Assembly (NCBI GenBank): GCA_036172245.1 | Contig: JAYWIR010000010.1 | Coordinates: 1,922,001 to 1,986,000, forward strand | Origin: Raillietiella orientalis | Taxonomy: Eukaryota | DNA length: 64,000 nucleotides | Reading direction: 5' to 3' | Part shown: piece after piece, positions 1 to 13,193 of the stretch | How the letters are laid out: every line of letters starts with the position of its first letter | How positions within the stretch are numbered: position 1 is the first letter of the stretch | Position numbers and translations under genes: made by a program | The notes under the pieces: generated by a model | Told to the model about the DNA's origin: nothing | The model's database searches: none | Seen by the model: the letters and a program-made list of their open reading frames with translations, nothing else

Positions 1-69
1 AAACCTGCAGTTTGCAAATGCAGTGATAGATTGATGTTTGTAGTTTATACACAGTTAAGTATGAAAAAC

Positions 70-126
70 CTTAGTTTTACATTCATCGGCTATTTCTCGT
101 AGCAAAAGACAGTACACCAGTGCCAT
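70..126 (-). CDS. Candidate first coding exon (MALVYCLLLREIADECKTK) of a gene running off the left edge; product unknown, faint resemblance to AP-5 sigma N-termini
   Basis: ATG at 126, 19 codons, AAG|gtttt donor at 69, 65-nt intron ending ctgcag at 5, next exon starts GTT at 4. The intron length matches other 65-nt introns in the window. Too short for a firm identification. Confidence 0.3.
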
Positions 127-3100
127 GCAAGTCTGTTATGTCGTCCGCGGATGTAACGAGTTCAATGGTAGCAACCATCAGAACTGAGAACAAAAGCAGC
201 AAAACAGTTCATTCGACTGAATTTATATTCGTGTACCATACTGAGAATCATGGTGGCTGTTAGCTGGTGGAAGTCCGCTCTACGCGTTGTAAAAACAGTT
301 TTAACATGCGTCGATTTATATTCCAATTTTGATTAATTGCATCGTAATTTAGGCTCATAATTTAGGCTCTTCCATTACTAATGGAATCTTAATTGTCATC
401 CATGATTTCAAATACAGAAGCTCATTTTCTATGAACTTCATCCAAATACCTTATAATTTTGCAAATGAAGCCTAATGAAATCGCTTTGAAAACGCATAAA
501 TTTGCTTGGTGAAATGCTATTTGTAGGCGAAACCACAGATTTGTAAATCTGATTTTCGAAAACTTCCTTGATCATAAAAGTTTTCACTTATAACTGAATT
601 ACTGAAAACATTACATGATTCTTTATAGCATATGGCAATACAAGTTTGGGACTCTCTAGTTAGTGATAATGTCTACCAGCAGAGCTATTAACCAGTAGGA
701 GTTTCTTGTAACTGAAGGCATGTATCTATTTTATTATTTATGGTTCTTAATAGATCATCAAAAATTACTTGATGTTTTCTAATAAAAGCATATCTTATTC
801 AAATACGAAAGATGTTGGAAAATTAGCAAACCAGTTTTAAGATTGAGTTCATGTATGAAACCAAGAAATGAAGTTTCCATAAATATCGACAGCAGTGGGA
901 AATTAATACCACTCTGGAAGTATCTGAGGATTCTAATTTTTTGGTTCAAAGTATGTTGGGTTACCTCCATTCGTATGCCGATGATAGTCTACGTAGTGCT
1001 ACTCATGTTTTTTTTTTTTTCAAATAGTTAAAAATGATTCGTAACCATAATTGATTTTCGAAAACATGTTGCTAATCCCCAGGGTGATGACAACTGAGTA
1101 CAAATCAGTGTACGTCTATTGGACTGTTCTTACGCTAAGACTTAAAACAAAAATCCGTAAATTTTGCCTTCCTAAGGTATGAAGTCCGAGAGCACCACTG
1201 CGACTCTGAGACGAAATTCCAACTCAGAATGTGACGACTGTAAAGACTCCCCCTGAGTCACTCATGTGACTTTGCTTTGGCAACCGTTGGGACACTATTC
1301 CGTTGGGAAGCTTTACATCATTCGATGTTATGGTAAAGTACTGTAATAGACTCACAGATCCACGTCCTCTGGTCAAAGGAAGCCCGTTGGGAGCCTGTTA
1401 CTGAGAATGATAAGGATATGAAAAATCAAATGTAACGGTAGGCTGGCAGGACGAACGGATTCAGTCGCACTGGAATTGTCAAGAGATGAGGGCTGCAGTG
1501 AGTAGAACACTAAAGTTCCCGACAGAAATCCCCTTTCAAGTTACCGATTTTATCCTGCATACTCAGCAAAACATAAAATTGTACACTGTGCTTGAATTCT
1601 TTATTGTACATTGGAGGTGCATGGTGATTTCGAATCTTCGCGAGCGAAAGAAATCGTAAACGCACATGAAATATGTGTTAGAAGGTAAGCGGAGATTCAG
1701 ATGGAAAATATTTCGTAAGACCTTTCAAATGAGTTTCACATAAATTCTAGCTAGTCTTTCATAAACATAGTCATTGAATCACATCAAGGCACAGTATATA
1801 TTTGTATAGTGTTTTTCGATAAATCATTCCACTGGTCTGGTAATACCCAGAATTTCTATCCTTCAGTGTGAAGAAAATGACAGATCAATTGGAAAGATAC
1901 TGGATGTACACTTTGATAAGTATGAAGCCATGAAATGAAGTTCTTTTAAGAATATGGATAAAGCCTTGAGGTTAATCTGCACGCAGTGATTTAGAGAACT
2001 GTCCTGTAAAAATTAGAAATTGTTCTCCGCTGTTACAAACGGGGCGCTGGCTCACTTCATTTCTAATTTTGCATGGGAGTAGTCGTGATGGTCGCTGGAA
2101 ATTCGGAAAGGATGAGCCGATCTGTGCAGTGTTTCGGAAATTAATGTTGAGCATCATTTATTGAACATTAATTCTAGATCGAAAAGATTTTTTTTCGTGT
2201 ACGCAAGTCAAATAGCATTTGTTTACAGCGGAGGACTCGGTGGATCGTCTTGGTGCCTGTGTATTGATTTGCCAATTTTCTAGGGATCACGGAAACGGCA
2301 ATTTGTTAGCAGGATTGCTTGAATTAGTTTCCATAAGGTTGTGCGTGCATTCCTTTTTCTTTCACTTGCAAAGGTCAATGAATCAACTAACAAAGTAAAG
2401 GGCATGAAACACCTGAATTCGTTGTACCCGTTTTGGAGGTTTTTCACTTCGAGGCTCGGCGAATAACCGATATGCGCATACAGATAGGTAACACATGTCA
2501 TGGTTTGTACCAAAAGAAAGTATGATCGGAAATCATAACTTTAGCTGAAAGAACTTGCAAACCGTGTGTACTCAATGGGCTCCATTCGTAATGTGAAAAG
2601 ATGTGTAAATAGTTTCATTTTATTCCTTTCTGTTTTGAAACTTTTATTTAGATAATTAGCTCTATTTATGAACTTGATTGCATTTGGTTAGTATCAAGAA
2701 AATTCTTTGGAAAAAGAAAACATTCCCCAAACTATTCAATTTTGTGTGCGAGATTACTGGTCGGCATAATAATACGATAACTAACATATGAAGCATATCA
2801 TGTATACCGTTATTTTTCCCCATAAATCATTTGTAAATTATCTATTCGGAAAATTTGCTCCATAGAGATATTAACAGTTTCTTGCAGTACACCAAATGAG
2901 AAGGTAAATCAAGCGCTTTTCCCTGAAAAAATTCATAGGTATACAAATGACTGATTTATATATTCAGCTTTTGTGTTCACATGGCCAAATAGAACTTTAT
3001 TCATTCTAATCCATTTACTATAAGATTGGATAATGATCGTTCAGGACAGCAAACACATCCATCATGCACCAATAGTTTGTTTTCAAATAAAACAGAATGA

Positions 3101-3136
3101 AAGCTTTAGCCAAAGTTTCTTGGTGTAACTTAAAGG

Positions 3137-4796
3137 ATGGAGTGTATGCCAAAACTAGATGGTTATACATTTTTGAGTGTTCTTGGCTCAGGTAGTTATG
3201 CCACAGTGTACAAAGCCCTCGATCAAAAGGTAACGGAATTATCATTAAAACACTTTTAATACAAAATATATAGAATCAGTTTGTGGCTATTAAAACTTTT
3301 CGGAAACAAGACCTTACTGCCGCATCTAAAGAAGGTCTACTTACTGAGATTGCTGTTCTGAAGAAGTTGACTCATCCTCACATTGTCAAGTTGCTGGATT
3401 TCAGCTGGAACAGCAGGCAAGCACAAGTTTAATTTAAATAATTGGCTTCTGTGTTCCAAGATTTATTTTTATCATTATGGAATTCTGTGCCAATGGAGAT
3501 TTGTCCAGGCACTTGCACAAAAGACCACTGCCTGAAATTGTTTGTCGGCATTATTTGAGGCAACTGGCCAGTGCCTTGCAGTATTTGCGTGCCCACGATC
3601 TGAGTCATATGGATCTCAAGCCACATAATCTGCTATTACATGGTAGATGCCTTAAACTGGCAGGTGAGTACAGTCAGTTAGCATTGTTGATTTCCAGGTA
3701 GATTTTGGTTTGACACAAAAGTTGCCTAATTACACTCAAGAACAGCAATACTGTGGGAGCACTCTGTACATGGCTCCTGAAATCCTTAAGAGACAGCCTT
3801 ATAAAGCATGTGTGGATCTTTGGTCTGTGGGAGTCATTCTTTATCAGTGTTTATATGGGAAAGCTCCTTTTGTGGGAGCAACAGTGCAAGAGCTAATTGC
3901 TCAAATAGTGTCACCACTCCCTGTGTGTTTTCCTAAACTACCTCATGTGTCTTTGCCCTGTCAAGACTTAATGAAAGGATTGCTTCAAAAGAATCCGAGT
4001 TGCCGAATAACATTCCAGCAGTTCTTTGAGGCATGTAGTTTTTTGTGTGCTTGTCTGAATCAATGACTGCTGCAGCATCCTTTCATAGATTTGGAGCATT
4101 TTCCTTCTTCCAAGTCTTGCTTGTATGCAGCCCAATTGGCTGTTGAGGCTACAAACTTAGACCAGGAAAAGCACTTTAAGGAAGCTTTGCCCCTTTATCA
4201 AGAATGTGTGCAGTATTTAATGACTGCCATTGAATGTGAGAATCCAAAAAGTATTACAGAGTAAAGTTTGAAGAGCAGATGAAACACAACCTCTGGTTTG
4301 TCAAGCATTGAAAAAAAAGGCAGAACAATACCAGAAACGGGCTAGACAACTTGATCACTTTCTGAAGGAGGGACCAGCATCATCTTTTGAGAATCTGAGT
4401 ACGTTACACATGAACTATATCATTACTTGAAGATTCAGTGCAGTTATGCACTAGTACCCCTTCTCTCAAGAATGCATTAGAGACAGGCCAGCTTGCTGAA
4501 ATGTATGAACAGGAAGGTGACTGGACTACTGCTTACAATCAGTATACCACTGCTTTAGGACATCTGCTTCCTTTATTACAATCAGAGCCATCTGGAAATA
4601 GAAAAAGACTTCTCAGCATTCAGGTGAATTAATGTTTTTAGCTAGTCATACTCTGATTTAGATACATAAGTGGATGCTGCAGGCAGAACTCTGCAAATCC
4701 CATTTGCCATCTTCTAGTCATATGTCTCAGAATTCTGTCACCCAGCATAATTATCTTCAATCCGTGTTGTCACCTGATGGTTGTCCTCTAATGTAA
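3137..4796 (+). CDS. ULK3: Serine/threonine kinase ULK3 (kinase domain plus two MIT domains), 455 aa, 8 exons
   Basis: Exons 3137-3229, 3274-3416, 3461-3663, 3702-4030, 4076-4235, 4279-4398, 4439-4623, 4662-4796 join in frame (1368 nt). Motifs [80 protein letters not shown] and C-terminal CPLM all match ULK3. Confidence 0.95.
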
Positions 4797-7700
4797 TGAT
4801 TATGTTGTATTTGACAGCAAAGCATTTAGTCAAAATTGAGAATTTACAGTAACTTCTTCATATATCCTAAAGTTAGCAATGCTATTGGCAAAAAAGAACA
4901 AAAGCTGTTAATGATTTCAAACACATATTTAGTTTGTTTAGTAGAATTAATGCATCATAGAGAATAAGAAATTTATTTATAGATGAGATTTCTTGTTTCT
5001 TGTAAATGGCTTTTTGAATCAGTGGTGCAGATTTTTAAGCCCAACAAATTTGCATAACATGGAAGTTAAAGTAAATTGAAAAAATGGCTTAGAGTTGGCA
5101 CCAATTTGAAAACATACGAAATTATGATTGTTTCATCTCAATTTATTGCTGCACAGGAAAAACGTTTTTCCTAAAATCCTTGCACGTATTATTTTGGGAC
5201 TCATTTCATTGATCTGCAATTGTGTTTAACAGTCATACCTGTCCCAAAAAATGTATGAATGAAATGGGCACAAAAATTATGAAATGCTGTATTTTACTTG
5301 AGTCAGCAAATTTTCATCATCAAGATAGGGATGTTTAAGTTTGGAATTCATTGCCTTTAAACATTTATGAATTGATTCCAGAGATTTGTTTTTTTTATTA
5401 TGCCTTAATGATTAACAATTAACAGTAGTTGGTGGCATACTAAAAAATACTAACTGTTAGTTAGTGACATACTAAAATAATAAAGATAAAGTCTTGAAGT
5501 TGTGCTTGAGTTAGCCAGTTCAAGTCTGCAAACACTGCCAGAGCTATTATTTCCCTACGTACCATTGGATAAACTTAACACGTCTGTATCCCTGGTATTT
5601 CTTCCTTTAACTTAGTGCAAATTGTGTTATGCAAGTCCTTTCAATTCATTTTAGTTCCAGGCCATGATGTAAAACCTTCTCAAATACCTTTTCAACTTCA
5701 TATTCACAAGATCTTCTATTATCCTTGAAGATTCATACTGCATTGTGAACAGATGCAAGCAACAATGAGATATTTGTAAATATAGGATCACTGCAGATAT
5801 GATATGTCTCTTTGTTTTTCTTACAGTAATCAATTTATGTATTTTTATTTTCTTTAGTTTGAAAAGTACTTTCAGATTCTTTCTTTGTGTGCTTTAATCT
5901 CTGTCATCAATCTTTTGAACTACTGGTTTCATGGGATAAATTTGTGATGAATTTTTCATCATTTAAATACAAAGAAATGCATTCAAAGGTCTTAACAAAA
6001 GTCAGCCAATTCTTTGATTAACAGATGGTGTGAAACTGAATTTTATGAAAATATGCACCAATGAATCAGCAAACAGAATTTTGAGAATGGCAACCAAAAA
6101 GAACCCACAGGGATATTTATTTGTAATTTGAAACCCATCATTCAGAAACGGTTAGAATGCTAAAATTTTCCCTATCAAACTGATTGAAGCATATGAGAGA
6201 CGGGTGGCAATTTCCTGGTTTTAAGAATGAGTGAACCCCTTCTGAGAAGGTTCAAGATTTTCTGGTTAATAAACAGATGTCTCGTAACCGTAAGAAAAAG
6301 GGACTTTATTTGTTTTGCTGTATCAGTGTTCAGAAATTCTATTGCATACATCATGATCATCTGTCTGAGTAGCTGACTTTGTTTTTTCCATTGGTCATTA
6401 CATTCATCAGTGTGATGCAGATGTAGCCCTGTTTTGGAAACACTAAATGCTACAATATTAATCCAGGCAGTAATCAGTTTAGTACACGTGATCCTTCATT
6501 ATCAAAACCACCTTCTGGCACCATAATTTCCAATTCATTTTGTCACTAGCATAACTTTTTTCGCATTCTTTAGTAGACTTAATTATCTCACCAAGTGGAG
6601 TCCGGGAGCCTTCCGATAGATAGATAGATTTCCACCATGACAACCTTCCTCCAAGCATGACTAGCAATACGAATAATCAGGACTATCACCTTGTTATTTT
6701 AGTAATTAGTGCAGTGGGATTGCTTTTAGGGGGGGGAAAAAGGGGGGGCTGGTATACCGTCTCTTATGCCTATTGTTTATAGAAAAAGGTTGTTCTCGAG
6801 TTTTTCGGGATTCTCGTGATGTACGCAACCACTGAGACGTTTTCAGTGATTGAAACACGTGGCTTGAAAGCAGTCGATGTTGCCACCGTATGCGCGCCCA
6901 CAAGCGCTCTCTTTTCCGACAGACTTTCAGAAGTTTTCCCGGTACGAACGATGGACTTCGGGTGCGTGCGTTTCCACAGGCAGCTTTTTGGGTGGGGAGA
7001 CTGCAAGACGGCGAGGAATTCACCAAAGACGAACAGCACCACAACCCGCGGTGTGGGCTGCTTCCTGCAGGGCTGCACATGGAACGTTAGAAAGTGAAGG
7101 AAAGGCACGGTGGATTGCGACGGTTAGCAGCAGCAATTGCATAGGAGATGGAAGAATATAATGACAACATGTCGGTTGTGCGCTTTGTCATTTCTTTCAG
7201 TTAAACCCTAACGGGTGCAAGATCAGCTTCAAGTTCAGTTATCTGTTTGTATTTGCAAACAAATCGAAAAGAAGTAAGAAAAACCTCGGCAGCGATTTCC
7301 TGACTGAAAACCCCGAATGAGGTGCTCTTTTCCGCTCCACTGTGTGGGAATCGGAGTAAAGCAGAATCCCCGGCGGAAGAGGCGTGCAGTGCGAGGACGG
7401 AACCGTGGGATGCATAGGGTGGTGACTGCGGAAGTACTCTCCCTCCATGGTTCTCATGTGATCCCAAACTTTCTAAAATAATCGAAGTTCAGTTTTGCTT
7501 TGTTTTTTTTAAAGGCGTTTTCGTTTGTGGTCCCCCAAATGGACGTCTAGAACGGCCTTAAGGGTCGATCTGTCCACTCAAGGACCAGTCCTAATACATT
7601 CATGGCCCTCGGTGCATAGTTCAGTGCGTGTACATGCTGCTGCATGCGAAAGCAGTAGGTAGCAACCAGAGACCTATTTTACGTGAGATGCGAAACTACC

Positions 7701-8069
7701 CAGCGAGACGTCGGAAAATCTACTGGCTGGCGATCTCACCCACCACAGCCTGCCAACCATCTCGAAAAGTTTTTTTTAGCAAGTCCACGTAGGCGCACCT
7801 CAGTAAGGGAAACAACCCAACCGGGCGTCCATCAAAGATCCGTGATTGTTTGTGGTAGGGGGTTTTCACAAACAGGAATAACCGAAGAGCCTTTGAGTGG
7901 CATGAAGAAACTGTAAAAGAGGAGAAAAATCCTTCCAAACTTCTTCCTGCGACGATGTGCTTCGTTCTGGCCTTGAGCTAGAAGCGAAATGGGCCCATGA
8001 GACCAACTAACGTGATAATTTCGATTTGTTTTCTTTTCAATAAACAGCTCCCATGGAATTCCAGACCAC

Positions 8070-9190
8070 TTCAAGGATGGCTGAGCTCCCCTCCGATGCC
8101 AATACTATCGGAAACCTTCAGGTTGTTGACAAAAGCAAAGAGTCCGTTGCCAAGTGAAACAATAGGCAGGGACTGAAATCTCATACATGGGAGATCGCCG
8201 AAAGATTCTGGAAGATCACACCGCTGAAAGATGAATTCGTCCTGCCCGGGGAGGCAAAACAACAACATGTGAGCCTTGTTTGACGCTAAAGCTGGAAAGG
8301 AAATAAAGAAAGCGAATGTTTCTCTTCACTTCTGATGATTGGAATGAGCATTCGTGATACAGAAGATAACACGGAAAACGTTTGGAATGTGATGATGAAT
8401 CGACCGCGTGCAAGTCTCGTGTGTATTTGTTTGGTATTCCAGGAGGCCAAAAAAGAAACAAAAACTCTCAAAATAAATAAGCTCAGAAATTTCGACTCGA
8501 AGCATGCTCCGCAATGCAATTTCAGGTATATTTGAAGAATTTTGCTGGAGAACTTGTACTGTACGCCTGTCTCTTGTCAAGTGCACTTGACTCGCAGCAC
8601 TCTTGTTCAATCGTTTAATTGGATGCTACGAATTTTAAAAAGATTCTTGAAGGTTTTTGGAGAGATTCGTAGAAAGCAGAGGACAAGGTGCTTTTGGCAA
8701 ATCCACATTCGTTTTCCGACGGACAGCTTATGCAGGGAGAATTTGCAGCGAGTTTGAAAAGGATTACAAGCGCTATCTTCCAACTCAATGACTTGTCTTC
8801 ACGGTGACTCTGAATGAGCCAGTCTTTCAAATAGATATAATTGCATTTTTCGAATCATTCGTAGGAATACATTAGTGTGGTTGAAGAATGCCAGAATCTT
8901 ATATATATATATATATAAATATAAGATTAGATAGATAGATATGAGATATATATATACATATATATATCTTTCCTCTTGTTATGGCATCCACAGTAACATT
9001 CATTTTTGTGGCATATTTTGATACGTTTTAAAAATAGAATTGATTCTAAATAACCTCACTTGTTTGATGTTTGTCTTGAGATAGTACAAAACTTCCACGA
9101 AAGGACAGATCCGTTAATGCTGACGTACTTATGTGAGGACCTCAGTGGGCACTGAATACATTCAAAGCATGTGCACGTAGCCAAATCCCC
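8070..9190 (+). mobile_element. Decayed Mutator-like (MULE) transposase remnant
   Basis: Broken frames give MLRNAISGIF ... SCQVHLTRS (MULE NAI..VF...CxxH pattern, about 8500-8600) and YLCED..H.IHSKHVHVA (SWIM-finger-like, about 9125-9185). Many stops and frameshifts; interrupted by (TA)n. Confidence 0.4.
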
Positions 9191-10479
9191 CCCCCCAAAC
9201 CCTCTGGCGCAAAGTGAAGAAGACTGGCGTTTCTGCAGAAAAGTGCACCAACTGATCGATTCGTCCTTCGTGATTTTCATGGTTTTCAAGCAGCGTTACC
9301 ACAGTGAGGAATTCTTGATCCATTTCTCTATCTGAAAACATTTTGTTCTGCCTCGAAAGTTGCATAAAAGAGTGCTGAATGAAAAGTGCAGCATAGGAGA
9401 GGAGAATTCATCCAGCTGTCCTCACAATCAATACGTACTCGTATAATAAATGAATTCATAAATTCTCTTGGAATGTCAAAGGGGCGCAAAACACATGAAC
9501 TGCGATCAGCAGGCCTCCTACACATTCAGCACTATAAGATGACGCGATTCTTAGGTCCCTAGCTCCTCAAATCTGCGAATCTGAGTGCATATCATCATCT
9601 GCTCGTGCTGAAGACTCACGTTTCCAGTTCCTTTAAATCTCACAACAGTGTGCTTGAGAAGCTTAAGAGGAATCGAAGCCTCCTGGGATATCCTTAATGA
9701 GTCCTTCGCGACGTGAGATAGAACTCCCAACTTATTATATAGGAATCGGTACCAGGAGGGACCTACATCGAAAGGTTCCTTTCTTCGAGACCACCTGTGC
9801 TGAGGATTCTGCCCCTTTCTCTTGAAATTTTTACCAACTTTACTTTCCTTTGAAAAAAAAAAAAAAAAAGAAGGTAGCCAAGCAGCCAAAACTGGGAACG
9901 CCTACCGTTTTTCTTTTTATTCCGCACATTCGGACTTTCTTCCCTGGTAACTCGTTGACACGAGCTTCGACTCCATATGACCATTTCGCAACCCAGCAAG
10001 CGGTTTTCCGAAGTACTTCCAGCATCGCCGGGATTAGGTATCCCCTTTGAGGAAAGGGGAAGAGCGAGGAAGACATGCGGTCCACGCCGTCTCCCTTCCG
10101 AGGGCAGAGAACTTCGGAGAACAAACGAATTGCGAAACTCGCCGCTTGTTTGCCTTTCGGTCTCAGCATTCGCGGAATGGAAAGTGGCAACGAGAAAAGC
10201 CGCATCTGCGCTTCCGGTCATCCCCGCTGCTCAGCACCGTGAGAGCGTTCGCCATCCGTCCGCTCACCCTTCCGCTGCAACGCGGCACTTTTCGGCGCCA
10301 TTCCGCGCCACGCTTGGCGTCGGACTTTCTGCGGAAGACTCGTCGCGGAGCTCCGAATCAAAACTCCTATCTGTTGACGTCACCATTTGGACCGCACCTT
10401 TTTGTCGCTGCTCGTTCGTTGACAACGCTGCTTCTCCCCCGGAAGTGGCTCATTTTTTCCATGGTGAAATTCGCCTCAC

Positions 10480-10950
10480 CTCCTCGGGCAAATCGCATCA
10501 TGAATAGCGAAAGGCTCGTTTCGAACCAACAGCAGAACCTCCTTTTTTTCTCCCAAAGTTTCACTTTCTGTGTTTGTGTTGTTTCCACGATGGCGCTCAA
10601 TAAATGCGAACGTCAGGGAGTGGGGGTTTTTTTTGCTGTTGTCCCGAGACTGCCTCTGTAAAAACTTATCGGATGAGAAGACATGCCCAACACGTTGCCA
10701 CTGCGTAACAACCACACGAGTGTTATGCAAAGACCCCACGACAGCCTTAAGAACACTTTTGTCATTGTCAGACCAATCGCTGTTCCAGGTTCTGTCCTGT
10801 TTTGGCACAGTAGCGTTGCAGAATACTGGAAGACACGTGTCAATCACTGTGGAGTTCATACAGGGTTCCAGGCATAGCTAAAGACTCTGCACTCCACTCT
10901 CTAACTCTTTGAGGTAGCTCGAAATTGGTCCTCTGGTTCTGGTTTCATCT
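10480..10950 (-). mobile_element. Decayed Ty3/gypsy-type integrase remnant
   Basis: Minus ORF 10476-10859 contains RVVVTQWQRVGHVFSSDKFLQ and NPHSLTFAFIERHR, loosely matching the integrase IVTD.G..F.S..F and HPQSNG.IER motifs in the right order. Confidence 0.3.
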
Positions 10951-13193
10951 TAATGAAGCATTCTGGACTAATGGTGAATGTGATTACGCTACATGGGCGT
11001 TGCTGCAGCCTCGCAACAGATTTGTTCCATGGTCGACACTCTACGGTGTACACAGAATGCAACAGAAGTCACTTTCGGGTCGTTTCCAGCACAGAAGGCT
11101 AAACAAACAAAGTGAAACCCTTTTCCGGAAACGGCTGCGGTAACCAAGTGGTTTTTTTTTGCAAGGTTAGAATTCAATAAGGAGCCACAGAAACCATTGC
11201 ACTCGTACTTTATTGAAAATCACGTGCCGAACTCTTGCTGGGTTCTACAACTCCGTGAAGCACCCGGGCTTGCGACATGGTCTTTTCGTTCCTGGTGAAA
11301 TCAAACCAGGATAACGAAGTCCTTGTGTCTGTGCCAATCGCGTTTGTATTCCAGTATGGAACTCACCTTGGGCTCCAATCAACACAGTTCGCGAGATAGC
11401 CAGCTGCCAAACCTTGAAATAATTCTATTTATTGCTAGACCGAACGATGCGATCAGGACCAGAAGGACGTGATGAGCTTGGGAGACGTCCGCTCGATTTG
11501 CATAAGGGTGAAGCTCTCTCCCTGGGACTAGAACCGTGCTGGAACGGCTCGTCAGCAGGCGAGATCCCTGCTGTTGAGGTCTGTTGTTAACAGCAGCACG
11601 TGGATGCTGCGTTGAAGCGCATCAGCAGCAGTTGGCGGGAAGAAAAAAGTATGGATACAATATCTAGATCGAAGCTGGTGGCGAGCAGGGATCGAGATTT
11701 TGCGACCGTAAATCACGCTGGGTGATGACTATCCTTTTTGAGAATCCCGCATCCGTGTTGGATCTTATAGAAATTGAACTTTTGCTCGATGGAATGATAG
11801 TAAGAAAGGATCCTTAATATTTTCTATTTTTGAGTATTCAGCGCAAAAAGTGGATTGACGGATACTTCCACTTTTCCACCTTGCACTTCTCCGAGTTAAA
11901 AGACTGATGAAAGAAAATTCAGCTTAATTCTGAAGCCTCGCGAGGAAGGACTAGTGGATTTTTATCGAAAAACTCTAAACATGAGCACATTCCAATTAAA
12001 CATTAAGGAGCTGGAGGCTGCAAAACTCCCTAGGCGACAGACAGTCTGCGTCTTAGCATGTAGTTGGCCAGCCCAGTCTTCAGCAAGCCACATGCACCAG
12101 AAAAGCGTCGCAGAAATGGAGTACAGACACAGCGCTTTAAATCCATCATTTAAGAAGCCTTTCTTGGATGCTTTCATAAAGTTTCTAAGATACGAAGCAT
12201 GAGAGCTGGTCACTGGACAAAAATGCCCCCCTAAATAATGGGCACAGAATCCGTTTAAAGCCGAGGCTGGACGCAGTTCGGCAGCTGACTCAGATACTAA
12301 TTTTCGTAACACTGAAAGTTGAAAGTGATTTCGAAGCAGCTATCCAATGACGAAACTGCTAATCAACTGCAAGTTCTGAAGAACTTGTGCTCTGAAGGGT
12401 GGCAGCTCGGCTCAGGGAACTCACCATGCAAAAAGAATGAGCACCTCTACTCAGGTTGATAGTCCTCTGAATCTGCTGGAACACAAAACTGTCCTCCCTG
12501 TTGTCTGAGGAATGGGTGGCACAAAGCCCATACACAACTAAGACGAGGCGAATCCCCCAACCGAGATAATTTTTAACAAACCAGTGTTACTGAAGCACCA
12601 CCTGAATACAAGAACGCAAGGGGCGTTTGCAAGGCATTTTATGGTTTGAAGCATCACTTTACAGTTATCCCTATGATGACTACACAATACGATGAGTACA
12701 TATTTGGCATAAATCATTTAAAGCAAGGCATGACCACAGCCATTCAGGCCAATAAAGAAACACTTTGTTTCCTGACATTTTCTAACACAAAAAAAAGATA
12801 GACAACGTATTGGGAACAGCATCTGTGGTCAGTAACATCAGCAAGATATGAGTCAATGGGGGATCGATGCTCATGCTAGGGTAAAATTTGACACCTATAC
12901 TCGGCTGCAGACACCAGGAACATCCCAGTTACATATGTCAAATTGTACAGGGACGACCATAAACGTGAAACAAAACAAAAAACGAAATGAAGCGATGTGC
13001 TTTTGGTACTCCCCAACACAGTGAGATAAATTTGACCCCAGTTTATTTCTGTTGCTGTCAAGATTCCAGGCTTTAAATTATTGGCTTTCAGTTGGTGCAA
13101 AAAAAAAAAGCAGCTATGTACAAGAGCCAGTTTCAAAGAACAAAACGAGGCAAGAAAGGAAAATGGAGGCCTGGACAGAAAAGGTGGGTTGGT

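Noticed and set aside
5500..6700. CpG-poor stretch with a coding-like look on the minus strand (decayed TE, viral insert or unrecognised gene)
   Set aside because: All frames have frequent stops, no motif was recognised and no consistent exon chain was found; BLASTX is needed.
6816..7097. hAT transposase-like peptide (FSVIETRGLKA)
   Set aside because: A single weak motif without catalytic residues or termini.
12447..12480. Possible third Tm1 terminal exon (DSEDYQPE*)
   Set aside because: The phase fits but it has no tropomyosin character and a weak acceptor context.
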